From: Candidatus Bathyarchaeota archaeon
GTDB taxonomy: Archaea; Thermoproteota; Bathyarchaeia; Bathyarchaeales; Bathycorpusculaceae
Direction of reading: 5' to 3'
Length of the DNA stretch: 64,000 nt
Assembly (NCBI GenBank): GCA_963775465.1
Contig: CAVZIW010000003.1
Coordinates: forward strand, 96,001-160,000
The position numbers and the translations under genes were made by a program. Shown piece by piece: positions 37,464 through 48,176 of the stretch; position 1 is the stretch's first letter, and every line of letters begins with the position of its first letter. The notes beneath the pieces were generated by a model. It searched no databases and had not been told where the DNA came from. It saw only the letters and a program-made list of their open reading frames with translations.

Positions 37464-38138
37464 ATGGCTGTATACGCAGTTATCCCTGTAAAGACTCTAA
37501 ACGAGTCAAAACAACGACTTTCATCAGTTTTCACTCCGCAAGAACGAAAACAGCTAACGTTAGCCATGCTTAACGATGTCTTAAATGCCTTAAAAGGTTC
37601 AAAGATCAAAAAAACCGTCATTTCTGCAACTGACCCAGAAGTACACCAAATTGCCGAAAAATTAAGCATTGCTTATTTTTCACCGTCTCAAGATGGCTTA
37701 AACCAGGCTATCGATCAAGCAACAACTTGGTGCATCAAGGATGGTGCCGATTCAGTTCTCGTTTTGCCAGCTGACCTCCCATTTTTAACTAGCCAAGAAA
37801 TAAATCAGGTAATCAATATTGGCAGCGCTGAATCATCATTAATTGTTATATGTCCTTCTTGGGATTTGGGGACAAACGCCTTGTTCCAGAAGTCGACGAA
37901 GCAAATTTCTGCTCACTTTGGATCCAACAGTTTCATCGAGCATGCACGTCAAGCCTACTGCAACGGTATATCTGTTTGGATTCATTTTTCGCCAGGAATT
38001 TCAACGGACATTGATTCCGAGAAAGATTTGCGCAAACTTTTTGAAATTAAAAGCGATACAGAGTGCAAGAAAGTTATAGAGAAGTTAACTGGCGAAAATC
38101 AAAAACAGGAAACGGTTGGGTTATTAAAAAATAGTTAG
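37464..38138 (+). CDS. cofC: 2-phospho-L-lactate/PEP guanylyltransferase (F420 biosynthesis)
   Basis: VIPVK...KQRLS, AMLNDV, GLNQA, PADLP, GTNAL, DID. Confidence 0.9.
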   Translation: MAVYAVIPVKTLNESKQRLSSVFTPQERKQLTLAMLNDVLNALKGSKIKKTVISATDPEVHQIAEKLSIAYFSPSQDGLNQAIDQATTWCIKDGADSVLVLPADLPFLTSQEINQVINIGSAESSLIVICPSWDLGTNALFQKSTKQISAHFGSNSFIEHARQAYCNGISVWIHFSPGISTDIDSEKDLRKLFEIKSDTECKKVIEKLTGENQKQETVGLLKNS

Positions 38139-38813
38139 CTATTCTCGTGGTACGCCCACTATGTGGATGCCAGCGCCTTTAATTTTGTATCTTATGTTGA
38201 TTGATATCAATGCTGCAGTTAAAGTTTCTACAACTACAGCGTTTTGGATCGGTCCCGCATCGAAAGCTTCCATTCCTATTCCCCTGATATATCCTATTAC
38301 CGTGTCGCGCGCTTCCCGATCTGCGCCACAAACCAGAACATCTGTCTCAACTTTCTCTAAACTCTCAAATTGTTCAGGTGCAATGTTCTGAAATGCCGCA
38401 ATGACTTTAACGTTTTCACCTAAAAAATCCTGCACTTCCTGGGTTATCGAACCATGGGGGTTTATTTTTGCTCGACTTTTCTTTTCAGGATCTAATGAAG
38501 AGGCGAGGTTTATGACGATTTTTCCATCGAGGCAACCTCTTATTTCGGTCAAGACGTCCATCATGCAAAAATAGGGTAGACACATAGCGATCACTTGGGC
38601 TTTGTTTGCAGCTTCAAAGTTAGTGTAACCTTCAACTACAGTTGTTTTAAACATTTGATTTATGGAGTCTGCCATTTTCTGCGCTTTTCCAGCCTCACGT
38701 GACCCAATTAAAGTTCGAGTTCCTGCTTTTGCAAAACGTTTAGCTAAGGCGCTTCCTTCTTTGCCTGTTCCTCCAATTATTGCGATTGAGGGACAAAGAT
38801 TGGGGCTTGACAT
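38139..38813 (-). CDS. npdG: NADPH-dependent F420 reductase (F420H2:NADP+ oxidoreductase)
   Basis: IIGGTGKEGSALA, IGSR, AFQNI, DAGPIQNA..VE.LTA.LI.IN. Confidence 0.92.
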   Translation of the reverse strand: MSSPNLCPSIAIIGGTGKEGSALAKRFAKAGTRTLIGSREAGKAQKMADSINQMFKTTVVEGYTNFEAANKAQVIAMCLPYFCMMDVLTEIRGCLDGKIVINLASSLDPEKKSRAKINPHGSITQEVQDFLGENVKVIAAFQNIAPEQFESLEKVETDVLVCGADREARDTVIGYIRGIGMEAFDAGPIQNAVVVETLTAALISINIRYKIKGAGIHIVGVPRE

Positions 38814-39178
38814 ATTTACTTCCTCGAATAGCTTATTCCAAAGTATAACGGACTTATAATTATTTCTCGAAATACACTTTTTAAGTACAGACTTGTACTA
38901 GATTGATCAGTCTGCCTTTCTTTTGACAAATAAAACGTTGTCTCTTCAGATTACACTTAGTTTCTTTGGTTAACTTATTATTTTAAAGCAGAGAATCTCA
39001 TTTGTGAATTCAACTTTTGTGTATCAAAACTGCCGCGGAGAACTATTACTTCTAATGTTTGATCTTCAAATCTGGCTGCCATGAACTTGAATAGAAACAA
39101 TATGTAAGATGTGAATAATTCAAAGTATTCAAGGAAATGTAAATTAACCCTAAAGACGGATTTTAAAAATGTGAGCTT

Positions 39179-39958
39179 ATGAAGGTAGCAATTTCCGGCA
39201 AAGGCGGCGTTGGTAAAACCCTCATCGCAGGTGGTTTAGCACGCGGGTTTGTTGAACGTGGACTAAAAACAATAGCGATAGATGCGGATTCTTCGCCAAA
39301 CTTGGGGTTAACATTAGGGTTAAACGCAGAAGAAACCCGTAAACTAATTCCGATTTCAGAAAATACCCCCTTAATTGACTCAAAGACCAGCACAGGCTAT
39401 TCAGGAGTATACAACCTAAACTTCAATGTTGACGATATCGTCAAGCAATACTCTGTACTTACACCTTTAGGCGCTAATCTGATCGTTATGGGTACGGTTC
39501 ACTCCATGGGAGCAGGTTGCATGTGTGCTCCTACAGCTGTCATCCGAGCACTATTAAGACACCTAGTGGTTGAACGAAACGAAGCAGTAGTTTTAGACTT
39601 GGAAGCAGGCGTAGAACACATTGGTAGAGGGACAGCGCGGGAAGTTGACGCGCTCCTAATTGTCGCCGATTCTAATCTAAAGTCACTGGAAATAGCTAAA
39701 CACATACATGACCTTGCAGCATCAGCAGGTATGAAACAGCTCTTCCTAATCGGAAACCGGGTCATGAATGAAACCCAAAGACAAGCAATCCAGGATTTTG
39801 CAGATAAAAACGGTATTTTGGTGCTTGCTTTTGTGCCTTGGGACCCAAAAGTCATTGAAGCAGATATGCTGGGTGAAACCCCCCTTAAAAACAAAGAAAT
39901 CTCCGCAGTTAAGACCATAGACAATATATGCGAGCTTTTAATTAAGAAAACAGAATAG
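39179..39958 (+). CDS. cooC: CODH nickel-insertion ATPase CooC
   Basis: GKGGVGKT, DADSSPNL, GAGCMC, DLEAGVEHIGRG. Confidence 0.92.
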   Translation: MKVAISGKGGVGKTLIAGGLARGFVERGLKTIAIDADSSPNLGLTLGLNAEETRKLIPISENTPLIDSKTSTGYSGVYNLNFNVDDIVKQYSVLTPLGANLIVMGTVHSMGAGCMCAPTAVIRALLRHLVVERNEAVVLDLEAGVEHIGRGTAREVDALLIVADSNLKSLEIAKHIHDLAASAGMKQLFLIGNRVMNETQRQAIQDFADKNGILVLAFVPWDPKVIEADMLGETPLKNKEISAVKTIDNICELLIKKTE

Positions 39959-39976
39959 CGCTTTGAGGTTTATTGT

Positions 39977-40741
39977 ATGAAAACTTTGGTTACTGTTGGT
40001 CGTGGCGGAACAGGAAAATCAAGTTTCACCTCCCTTATGGCCAAATGCTTCATAGAAGCGGGCATATCGCCGATTCTTCTTGTTGACGCAGATCCTGACC
40101 AAAACCTTGCTGAAATGCTTGGAGTAGACCTAAAAGAGGCAGGAAAATCAACAATAGCTGATCTCATCGTGAGTACCTTCATCGAGAAAGGCGGTACAAC
40201 TGTTGGTGTTCCTCCAACCCAACGCATTGAGAGCCGTATTTGGGAAAAAGGTCTCTACGAAGGCAAGAACTTTGATTTTATGGCTGTTGGCACAAAATGG
40301 GTGGAAGGCTGCTATTGTATGCCAAACTCGGCGCTCAAGAACGCCTTGGGCTCTCTAACAAAGAACTACAAATACGTGCTTGTCGATTCACCCGCGGGGC
40401 TAGAGAACCTAAATAGACGTATAACCTCGGAAGTCAACGACATCTTTGATATTCTTGATCATTCGAAGAAATCTCAAGATCATGTCAGACGAGCCTACAA
40501 AATAGCTAAAGAAGTTGACATGAAATTCGAAAACTTTTACATAGTTGGCGGTTACCGTTTCCCTAACGAATTGGGCAAGCAGGCTGAGGCTGACTTGAAA
40601 TTCAAATACTTAGGAAAGATCAACGCTGATGACCAACTAGACGAGTATGTTCTCGACGGAAAAAACCTTTTAGAGCTTTCAAACGACAACCAAGCTTACC
40701 TCTCAGTGAAACAAATCCTCAAAAACTTGGGTTACGTATAA
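39977..40741 (+). CDS. Second CooC/AcsF-like maturation ATPase
   Basis: GRGGTGKS, DADPDQNL, EGCYC, DSPAGLENLNR. Confidence 0.88.
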   Translation: MKTLVTVGRGGTGKSSFTSLMAKCFIEAGISPILLVDADPDQNLAEMLGVDLKEAGKSTIADLIVSTFIEKGGTTVGVPPTQRIESRIWEKGLYEGKNFDFMAVGTKWVEGCYCMPNSALKNALGSLTKNYKYVLVDSPAGLENLNRRITSEVNDIFDILDHSKKSQDHVRRAYKIAKEVDMKFENFYIVGGYRFPNELGKQAEADLKFKYLGKINADDQLDEYVLDGKNLLELSNDNQAYLSVKQILKNLGYV

Positions 40742-40875
40742 TCCGAAATATTTACTTAATTTTTAGCAAACCTTCCATACTTGCAGCTACACCGTGACTT
40801 TTGCCAAAAAAAACTGGAAAGGTTTAAAAAGTCTGTAATGCAGCTTAGACATAAACCTTTACAGAGGTTTACAAT

Positions 40876-43224
40876 TTGACTAGCAAAAACGTCCATGTAA
40901 AAATAGACGAAATGAAGACCGGTAGCGGTCTTATTAAAAATCTTGAATTATCTATTGGCAAAGTAATCAACGACAATTGGACTGAGCCAATGGGTCCAAC
41001 TCCAATGCCCCACATTAGCACTCTTCGCGACTGGGATATGAAACTTCTCAATAAATACAAGCCCTTCTACATGCCCGACTGCGATCTCTGTTGTCTTTGT
41101 ACATATGGCAAATGTGACTTGACAGCTGGAAAACGCGGTGCCTGTGGACTCAACATAGCTGACCAGTCTTCTCGCATCGTACTTATTGCTTGCTGTATTG
41201 GCGCTGCAACCCACAATGCACATGCCCGACATGTTGTTGATCACTTGATTGAAAAATATGGTCGCAGGTTCCCCCTTGATGTTGGAGGATTAAACGTTAA
41301 AGTTGAAGCTCCAGTTACAAGACTTATCACTGGAGTAAAACCTGAAACCCTTGGTGACTTGGACGACATTTTAGCATACACTGAATCACAAATTACCCAT
41401 TGCCTCTCTGCTGCACACACAGGTCAAGAAGCTAACAATTTAGATTTTGAATCAAAAGCATTCCATGCAGGTAGAATGGATCAAGTGGGCATGGAAATAG
41501 CCGACCTAGCTCAGATATCAACTCTTGGTTTTCCAAAAGCAGAACCTGAAGCTCCACTAATCCAGATGGGTATTGGTACTGTTGACCCAAAGAAGCCAGT
41601 TATTATGTGCATCGGACACAACGTAATACCTTCGGTTGGAATTATCGACTACATGAAAGACAAGAAAGTCGATGATAAAATGGAAGTAGTTGGTTTATGT
41701 TGCACTGCCATTGACAACACAAGGTATTTCGATCGCGCAAAAATCGTTGGACCAATTTCATGGGAACTCCGATTCATTAGAGGCGGATTTGCAGATGTGG
41801 TAGTTTTAGACGAACAGTGTGTACGCACAGATGCTTCCCTGGAAGCCGAACGTGTAAAAGCACCAGTCATTGCGGCGTCAGAGAAAAATTGTATAGGTTA
41901 CAAAGACCGTACGAATGATCCGGCAGACCAAATTGTTGCAGATCTGGTCAGCGGTAAAGTGCCTGGTGTACTAATACTTGATCCTGAAAAAGTCGGTGAA
42001 GTTGCTGTACGCGTAGCGCAACAAGTAGCACCTTTGCGCAAAAAGATGAAGTCTCTTCCTGAGTTAGATCAAATTAAAGAACTAGCTAAGAAATGTCGAC
42101 ATTGCAACATGTGCCAGAGAAGTTGTCCACAAGACCTTAGTATTGAACCCGCGGTAAAAGCTGCCTCTGAGGGTGACTACTCTAAACTTGCAGCACTATA
42201 CGAGGAATGCATTGGATGCGGAAGATGTGAAGAAGCTTGTCCAGTGAAACTAGAAATACATAGCTACATACTAAAAGTCGGTGAGAAGAAAATGCTTGAG
42301 GAGAAGAACTTCTGTCGATCTGGTAGAGGAGCAGTCTCAGACGTTGAAATTAGAAGTGTTGGTGGTCCAATAGTTCTAGGTGAAATTCCAGGAATTGTTG
42401 CACTAGTAGGTTGCGCTAACTATCCGCACGGAGGTAAAGACGTATATGACATAGCCAGAGAATTCGCTTCACGACGATACATTGTAGTGACTTCCGGTTG
42501 CTCGGCTATGTCCGCTGGATCCTACAAGAACGAAGAAGGCAAGACACTCTACGAAGAATTCCCAGGAGGCTTCGAAGCTGGCGGTGTACTAAATGTCGGA
42601 TCATGCGTTTCTAACCCACACATCGCAGGCGCAGCAATCAAAGTAGCAAACATCTTTGCCAAACGCAATCTACGAGGTAACTACGAGGAAATCGCTGACT
42701 ACATACACAATCGAGTAGGAGCAGTCGGTTTAGCTTGGGGCGCATACTCGCAGAAAGCAGCATCAATCGCCTCCGGCTTTTGGAGTTTAGGTGTTCCAGT
42801 ACTTGTAGGGCCCCACGGCAGCAAATATCGTCGGATGCTAATGGGCAGATCAGACAAACCTGAAAACTGGGAAGTTTACGATGCACGCTCAGGCGACACG
42901 GTTAACGTTGGTCCAGCACCCGAACATCTCTTCCAAACAGTTGAAACCCCGCAGGAAGCAATGGTCCAAATTGCAAAACTATGCTTAAGACCCAACGATA
43001 CATGGAAAGGACGGATGGGAAAACTTACCCACTACATTGACTTGCACAAGCGTCACTATGGCATAATGCCTCCAGACATTCACATGTTTGTTCGAACAAC
43101 AGCAGATATACCCATTACAATGAAAGATGAAATCACTGAGATTCTGAAAGCAAAAGATTGGAAGGAGACAATAATTCCGGATCCGACAATGCTTCCTAGA
43201 ATGATTAGGAAGGTTAAGGAGTGA
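40876..43224 (+). CDS. cdhA: CO dehydrogenase/acetyl-CoA synthase alpha subunit
   Basis: CDLCCLCTYGKC, IGHN, CCT, DEQC, two ferredoxin motifs, VGCAN, SGC, GSCVSN, SQKA. Confidence 0.97.
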   Translation: MTSKNVHVKIDEMKTGSGLIKNLELSIGKVINDNWTEPMGPTPMPHISTLRDWDMKLLNKYKPFYMPDCDLCCLCTYGKCDLTAGKRGACGLNIADQSSRIVLIACCIGAATHNAHARHVVDHLIEKYGRRFPLDVGGLNVKVEAPVTRLITGVKPETLGDLDDILAYTESQITHCLSAAHTGQEANNLDFESKAFHAGRMDQVGMEIADLAQISTLGFPKAEPEAPLIQMGIGTVDPKKPVIMCIGHNVIPSVGIIDYMKDKKVDDKMEVVGLCCTAIDNTRYFDRAKIVGPISWELRFIRGGFADVVVLDEQCVRTDASLEAERVKAPVIAASEKNCIGYKDRTNDPADQIVADLVSGKVPGVLILDPEKVGEVAVRVAQQVAPLRKKMKSLPELDQIKELAKKCRHCNMCQRSCPQDLSIEPAVKAASEGDYSKLAALYEECIGCGRCEEACPVKLEIHSYILKVGEKKMLEEKNFCRSGRGAVSDVEIRSVGGPIVLGEIPGIVALVGCANYPHGGKDVYDIAREFASRRYIVVTSGCSAMSAGSYKNEEGKTLYEEFPGGFEAGGVLNVGSCVSNPHIAGAAIKVANIFAKRNLRGNYEEIADYIHNRVGAVGLAWGAYSQKAASIASGFWSLGVPVLVGPHGSKYRRMLMGRSDKPENWEVYDARSGDTVNVGPAPEHLFQTVETPQEAMVQIAKLCLRPNDTWKGRMGKLTHYIDLHKRHYGIMPPDIHMFVRTTADIPITMKDEITEILKAKDWKETIIPDPTMLPRMIRKVKE

Positions 43225-43230
43225 TCATGA

Positions 43231-43779
43231 ATGTCGTGTGAACCATGGCAATGTTCAGAAATAGCTGCCACTAAAAAAGCAAACCCCATTCAAAAACCCG
43301 AGATAGCAGTAGCAATGATCAAAAGAGCCGCCCGCCCCCTACTTATTGTTGGAAGTAACGCTACTCAACGTTGGATGGAAGGTCGACAACTGATCGATTA
43401 CCTCATCGAATTCGCTAACGCTTCTAAAGTTCCGGTGTTAGCCACAGCTCACATGGTCGGTGAATTCCTAAAACGAGGGTATACTCCTGCAAGTTTCATG
43501 ACCGCGATGGACATAGGTCAAAGAATTGTTGACCCAACCTGGCAGGGTATCGACGGAAAAGGTCACCCAGATCTTGTTATATTCGTTGGCTTGCCTTACT
43601 ATATGGAAGCACTCATCCTTTCGGGACTCAAACACTTCGCACCAGACCAAAAGACAATGACCATCGACAACCTTTATCATGCACATGCAAGCTGGTCTTT
43701 TCCAAATGCAAGCCTAGAGGATTGGGCTTCAAATCTCAAAGTAATGACATCAAAATTTGAAAATAATGGAGGAAATTAA
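43231..43779 (+). CDS. cdhB: CODH/ACS epsilon subunit
   Basis: AMIKRAARPLLIVG, WQGIDGKG, SGLKHFA, ASWSFPN. Confidence 0.93.
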   Translation: MSCEPWQCSEIAATKKANPIQKPEIAVAMIKRAARPLLIVGSNATQRWMEGRQLIDYLIEFANASKVPVLATAHMVGEFLKRGYTPASFMTAMDIGQRIVDPTWQGIDGKGHPDLVIFVGLPYYMEALILSGLKHFAPDQKTMTIDNLYHAHASWSFPNASLEDWASNLKVMTSKFENNGGN

Positions 43780-43782
43780 AAA

Positions 43783-45195
43783 ATGTCAATGTTTAAAGAT
43801 ATCCCTGTTGAAGTTGGCGTAATCTACGAAGGAGAACGTATCCGAAGAAACGACATGCAAATCGAACTTGGCGGACCAACAGTCAAACAAAAGTTTGAAT
43901 TAGCAAAAGTAAAACCCATGGATCAGATCGAAGATGGCAAAATCACCATCATCGGTCCAGATATTAAAGACATGAAAGAAGGCGGCGCATATCCCCTTGG
44001 CATTCTTGTTGAAGCGGCAGGAGCAAAACTCGATGCAGGTCTTGAAGGTGTCATAGAAAGACGTATTCACGGTTACCTAAACTACATTGAGGGCTTTATG
44101 CACTTGAACCAACGTTATGACATCTGGATACGACTGGGCAAAAAATCTTTCCAAAAAGGCTTAAACAGCTTTGAAGCAATCGGCAAAGTTCTCTTCCGCT
44201 TATTCAAAAGTGAACTACCAATAATTGAAAAAGTGCAAATTACGTTCATAACAGACACCTCAAAACTAGACGAGCTATACCCAGAAGCAGTCCAAGCTTA
44301 CGAGGCACGAGATGCAAAAGCAAGAGGTCTCAAAGACAGTGAAGTTGATACATTCTACGGATGTGCACTCTGCCAATCATTCGCACCAAGCCACGTTTGT
44401 GTCATCACACCACAAAGATACAGTAACTGTGGCGCCATCAGCTGGTTTGACGGTAAAGCTTCCGCAAGCATCGATCCCAAGGGTCCAGTATTCGCAATTC
44501 CAAGAGGCGAAATGATCAACGAAGAAAAAGGCGAATTTAGTGGTGTTAACGAAGCAGCCAAGACACGTAGCATGGGTGAAGTTAACAAAGTATGGCTCTA
44601 CACAGCCTTTGATCATCCACACACTTCATGCGGATGCTTCGAGGCAGTAGCATTCTACATCCCAGAAGTCGACGGACTAGGTGTGGTCCAAAGAAACTTC
44701 AAAGGCGCAACCGTAAACGGCTTACCTTTCAGCACCATAGCAGACTCCGCAGCAGGCGGACGACAAATCGACGGATTCCACGGAATGTCCATAGAATACA
44801 TGCGAAGCAAGAAATTCTTTGCAGCAGACGGTGGTTGGAATCGCATTGTCTGGGTGCCTAAAGAAGTTAAAGATCGCGTTAAAGATTTTATCCCCGCAGA
44901 CATCGTTGATAAAATCGCAACTGAAGAAGATGCAAAAAACGTTGATGAACTCAAAGCTTTCCTCAAAGCAAAGAACCACCCAGTGGTTGCCAAATGGGAA
45001 ACAGAAGCAGCACCAGAAGCAGAAACAGCAGCAGTCCAAATATCCGAGGAAGCAGCAGGCACTATGATGCCAGTTGCAACAGCAGGCTCACTTCCAATAA
45101 TGGCAGGCGGATTCAAAATAATACTCAAAGACGCAAAAATTTACGCGAACAAAGTTATCATAACAACCGTCAAAGACAATAAAGACAAACGGTGA
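43783..45195 (+). CDS. cdhC: Acetyl-CoA synthase (ACDS beta subunit)
   Basis: YEGERIR, ERRIH, HLNQRYDIW, CALCQSFAP, CGAISW, HTSCGCFE. Confidence 0.97.
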   Translation: MSMFKDIPVEVGVIYEGERIRRNDMQIELGGPTVKQKFELAKVKPMDQIEDGKITIIGPDIKDMKEGGAYPLGILVEAAGAKLDAGLEGVIERRIHGYLNYIEGFMHLNQRYDIWIRLGKKSFQKGLNSFEAIGKVLFRLFKSELPIIEKVQITFITDTSKLDELYPEAVQAYEARDAKARGLKDSEVDTFYGCALCQSFAPSHVCVITPQRYSNCGAISWFDGKASASIDPKGPVFAIPRGEMINEEKGEFSGVNEAAKTRSMGEVNKVWLYTAFDHPHTSCGCFEAVAFYIPEVDGLGVVQRNFKGATVNGLPFSTIADSAAGGRQIDGFHGMSIEYMRSKKFFAADGGWNRIVWVPKEVKDRVKDFIPADIVDKIATEEDAKNVDELKAFLKAKNHPVVAKWETEAAPEAETAAVQISEEAAGTMMPVATAGSLPIMAGGFKIILKDAKIYANKVIITTVKDNKDKR

Positions 45196-45201
45196 TATTC
45201 G

Positions 45202-46428
45202 ACGACGCACCACGATACAGACAAAAAAAAAGACGCTGAAGGCCTGAAACTAAGCGACGACTTACTTGCAGCCCTAGCAAAATTCCAGACAATCGAACTG
45301 GAAGACTTTCAACTTGACGCTAAAGAACTAGAAATCATCTTCGAAGCAGGTGCAGCAGGACAATTAATGCCAAAACTAAAGCTTCCAACAGCTATTACAG
45401 GTGGAAAACCAACTAGCCTGCTCCAAGCTTCTTTCTTACCCCCTATCGAAACCTATCCCAACAAAATCACCGAAGTAAAACTTGGGGCAACCAAAAGCGA
45501 AGGCGGCACACGCGGCAGATCACTTACTATAGGCGGAGAAGTCTCTCCTGCTTTCTACACTTTTGAAAACCCAATGCCACACAAACCAGTGGTTACATTA
45601 GACGTTTTCGACATGGAAATCCCATTGTCTAAAGCAGTCAAGATGCACGTTAAAGATGTAATTGGTGACCCGGCAGCATGGGCAAAACTTGCAGTTGAAA
45701 AATTCGGTGCAGACATGGTTACAATGCACTTAATCAGTGTAGACCCACTTCTCAAAGATGCGTCACCCAAAGAAGCATGCAAAACAATAGAAAAAGTCCT
45801 ACAAGCCGTAAACGTGCCACTAGTTATCGGGGGATGCGGAGACCCAGTTAAAGATACGGCAGTCTTCGAAGAAGTATGTGCTCAATTCCCAGGAGAACGG
45901 TTTCTAATCAGTTCAGTCACAAGGGATATGGATGTAGAAAAATGCGCAAAATTCATCAAAAAAGCAGGCCACGCCATACTCTCATTCACACCCATGGACC
46001 TTAACCTAGCACGTGAACTTAACAGGCGCCTCTACGACTTTGTTGCAAGAGAGGACATCGTTATGGACTTGACGACTGCCGCCTTAGGATACGGCTTAGA
46101 TTACGCGTTCACAAACATGGAGCGTGCAAGAATGGGTGGCTTAATGGGCGATTCTGAACTTGCGCACCCGATGTCGTCAGGTACAACTAACGCTTGGGCA
46201 GCCCGTGAAGCATGGCTCAAAATGGGCGCTGAATGGGAACCGCGTGAACTCAGAGGTCCCCTCTGGGAAGTAACAACGGCTATAACCCTGTTACTAACAG
46301 GCGTAGACTTGTTTATGATGATGCATCCCGCTGCAGTAAAAACCCTCAAAGATGTAACCAATTATTTAACAAGCGGTAAAAAAGCAGATCCAACCAAATA
46401 TGCAAGTTGGGTCAAAGTAAAAGCTTAA
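45202..46428 (+). CDS. cdhD: Corrinoid Fe-S protein small (delta) subunit; N-terminus extends upstream of the first ATG
   Basis: GGTRG, DVFD, TAALGYGLDY, NAWAAREAW, MMHP; open frame upstream encodes KLSDDLLAALAKFQTIELEDF. Confidence 0.93.
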   Translation, partial: TTHHDTDKKKDAEGLKLSDDLLAALAKFQTIELEDFQLDAKELEIIFEAGAAGQLMPKLKLPTAITGGKPTSLLQASFLPPIETYPNKITEVKLGATKSEGGTRGRSLTIGGEVSPAFYTFENPMPHKPVVTLDVFDMEIPLSKAVKMHVKDVIGDPAAWAKLAVEKFGADMVTMHLISVDPLLKDASPKEACKTIEKVLQAVNVPLVIGGCGDPVKDTAVFEEVCAQFPGERFLISSVTRDMDVEKCAKFIKKAGHAILSFTPMDLNLARELNRRLYDFVAREDIVMDLTTAALGYGLDYAFTNMERARMGGLMGDSELAHPMSSGTTNAWAAREAWLKMGAEWEPRELRGPLWEVTTAITLLLTGVDLFMMMHPAAVKTLKDVTNYLTSGKKADPTKYASWVKVKA

Positions 46429-46434
46429 GGAGAT

Positions 46435-47868
46435 ATGACACAGATGAGCGAGAAAAAGAAAGCTGGACTAAAAGAATTAAGCCCAATAGACGTTTACAAA
46501 CTTCTCCCGAAAACTAATTGCAAAGAATGCGGTCAAGACAACTGCATGGCCTTCGCTACCAAAATTGTAAACCGCGAAATCGAAATTGACAGTTGCAAAC
46601 CCCTCCTTAAACCAGAAAACGCCAAAAACTATGCCAAACTCAAAGACCTCCTGAAACCTGCAGTCAAAGAAATTACCGTCGGCGTTGGAGACAAAGCCAA
46701 AAAAATCGGCGGAAAACTCGTTATGTACCGCCACGAATTCACTTACAAGAACCCAACAGCCATAGCAATTGACGTAACCGACGAAATGCCTGAAAACGAA
46801 GTTGTAACCCGCGTTCAAAAAGCAGAAAACTTCAGCTTCGAATATATAGGCAACACATTAAGACTCGATATGGTTGCAGTTCGATGTACTAGCGAAGACC
46901 CAGACAAATTCAAATCTTGTGTTAAGAAAGTATCGGAATCAACAAAGTTACCTATGATACTTTGCACCTTAAACCCCACCATAGCTGAAGCAGGCTTAAT
47001 GGCGGCACCCAAAGCACGACCATTACTTTTCGCAGCAACCACTGAAAACTGGAAAGATATGGCAGAACTCGCCTTAATGTACAACTGTCCCATAGTTGCA
47101 TCTGCACCAAACGATTTGAGCACACTTGTGTCCTTAGCAAAAACATTGATCGCTTATGGCGTAACCGACATAGTACTAGACCCTGGTACCTTCCCAGCTG
47201 AAGGAATAGGCGACACCATAAACAACTTCACAATGTTACGACGCGCAGCAACCAAAGGCGGAGAAGAACTTGCAGGCTTACCACTACTCGGTGTTCCAAT
47301 GGTTGCATGGACAGACAAAGGAGACACCGCAGAAGACCTGATCAAATGGCGCGAATCATACATCGCATCAATGCTTGTAGTTCGCTACGCAGATGTACTC
47401 ATAATGCACGGTAATGATGGTTGGTCTTTACTTCCAATAACAGTACTAAGACAAAACATCTACACAGATCCCCGCAAACCCGTCGCAGTTGCACCAGGCC
47501 TCAAAGTCTTCGGCGCCCCCGATGAAAACTCACCAGTCCTCTTCACCTCAAACTTCGCTTTAACCTACTATACAGTTGCCTCAGACATCGAAAGCAACAA
47601 AGTCAACGCCTACCTAATCGTTGTTGAAACAGAAGGCTCAGCCATAGACAGCGGAGTGGCAGGACGCAAACTAACCGCCGAAAAAGTAGCAGACGCAATA
47701 AAAGAAAGCAACATCGAAAGCAAAGTAAAGCATAAGAGAATCATCAGTCCAGGCAAAGCCTCACGCATAAGCGGGGAAATTGAGGAACTCAGCGGCTGGA
47801 AAGTCCTTGTTGGTCCACGCGATAGCAGTGAGATACCCAAGTATCTCATAGAGAAATGGCAACCATAA
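46435..47868 (+). CDS. cdhE: Corrinoid Fe-S protein large (gamma) subunit
   Basis: LPKTNCKECGQDNCMAFA, YRHE, RQNIYTDPRKP, NFALTYYTV, VGPRDSS. Confidence 0.96.
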   Translation: MTQMSEKKKAGLKELSPIDVYKLLPKTNCKECGQDNCMAFATKIVNREIEIDSCKPLLKPENAKNYAKLKDLLKPAVKEITVGVGDKAKKIGGKLVMYRHEFTYKNPTAIAIDVTDEMPENEVVTRVQKAENFSFEYIGNTLRLDMVAVRCTSEDPDKFKSCVKKVSESTKLPMILCTLNPTIAEAGLMAAPKARPLLFAATTENWKDMAELALMYNCPIVASAPNDLSTLVSLAKTLIAYGVTDIVLDPGTFPAEGIGDTINNFTMLRRAATKGGEELAGLPLLGVPMVAWTDKGDTAEDLIKWRESYIASMLVVRYADVLIMHGNDGWSLLPITVLRQNIYTDPRKPVAVAPGLKVFGAPDENSPVLFTSNFALTYYTVASDIESNKVNAYLIVVETEGSAIDSGVAGRKLTAEKVADAIKESNIESKVKHKRIISPGKASRISGEIEELSGWKVLVGPRDSSEIPKYLIEKWQP

Positions 47869-48176
47869 ACCAACTCCTTCCTTTATTTTATTTTTAACTA
47901 ACATATCTATTAGCAATTTCTTTATAATCCGAACACGCTTTAGAATGATGATTTTATGACTGTTCTAACTTCTTATTTTAAAATAACTGAGAGAAAGGTT
48001 GAAAAGCACGCAAACACCGCGACTTTCTAATTTTCTAATATTTCTCACCTTTCGAATGTATGTTGCAATAATCTGTATTATGTTAAAAACATCATGAATT
48101 CTACTTAAATTTGTACTAAAGCCGTATAAACATCTTCTTTCAATACATGAGTACTAATGGTAGAAGGGACTGAAAA

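Noticed and set aside
38814-39178. 365-bp AT-rich intergenic gap upstream of cooC as a possible ncRNA or riboswitch
   Set aside because: No convincing stem-loop, C/D box pair or ORF visible by eye; likely divergent promoters.
45193-48173. Genome-wide UGA reassignment or selenocysteine, suggested by in-frame TGAs before cdhD and purF
   Set aside because: Many genes here end normally at TGA (rfcS, cdhA, purD), the TGAs do not align to catalytic Cys positions, and no SECIS-like element was recognised.
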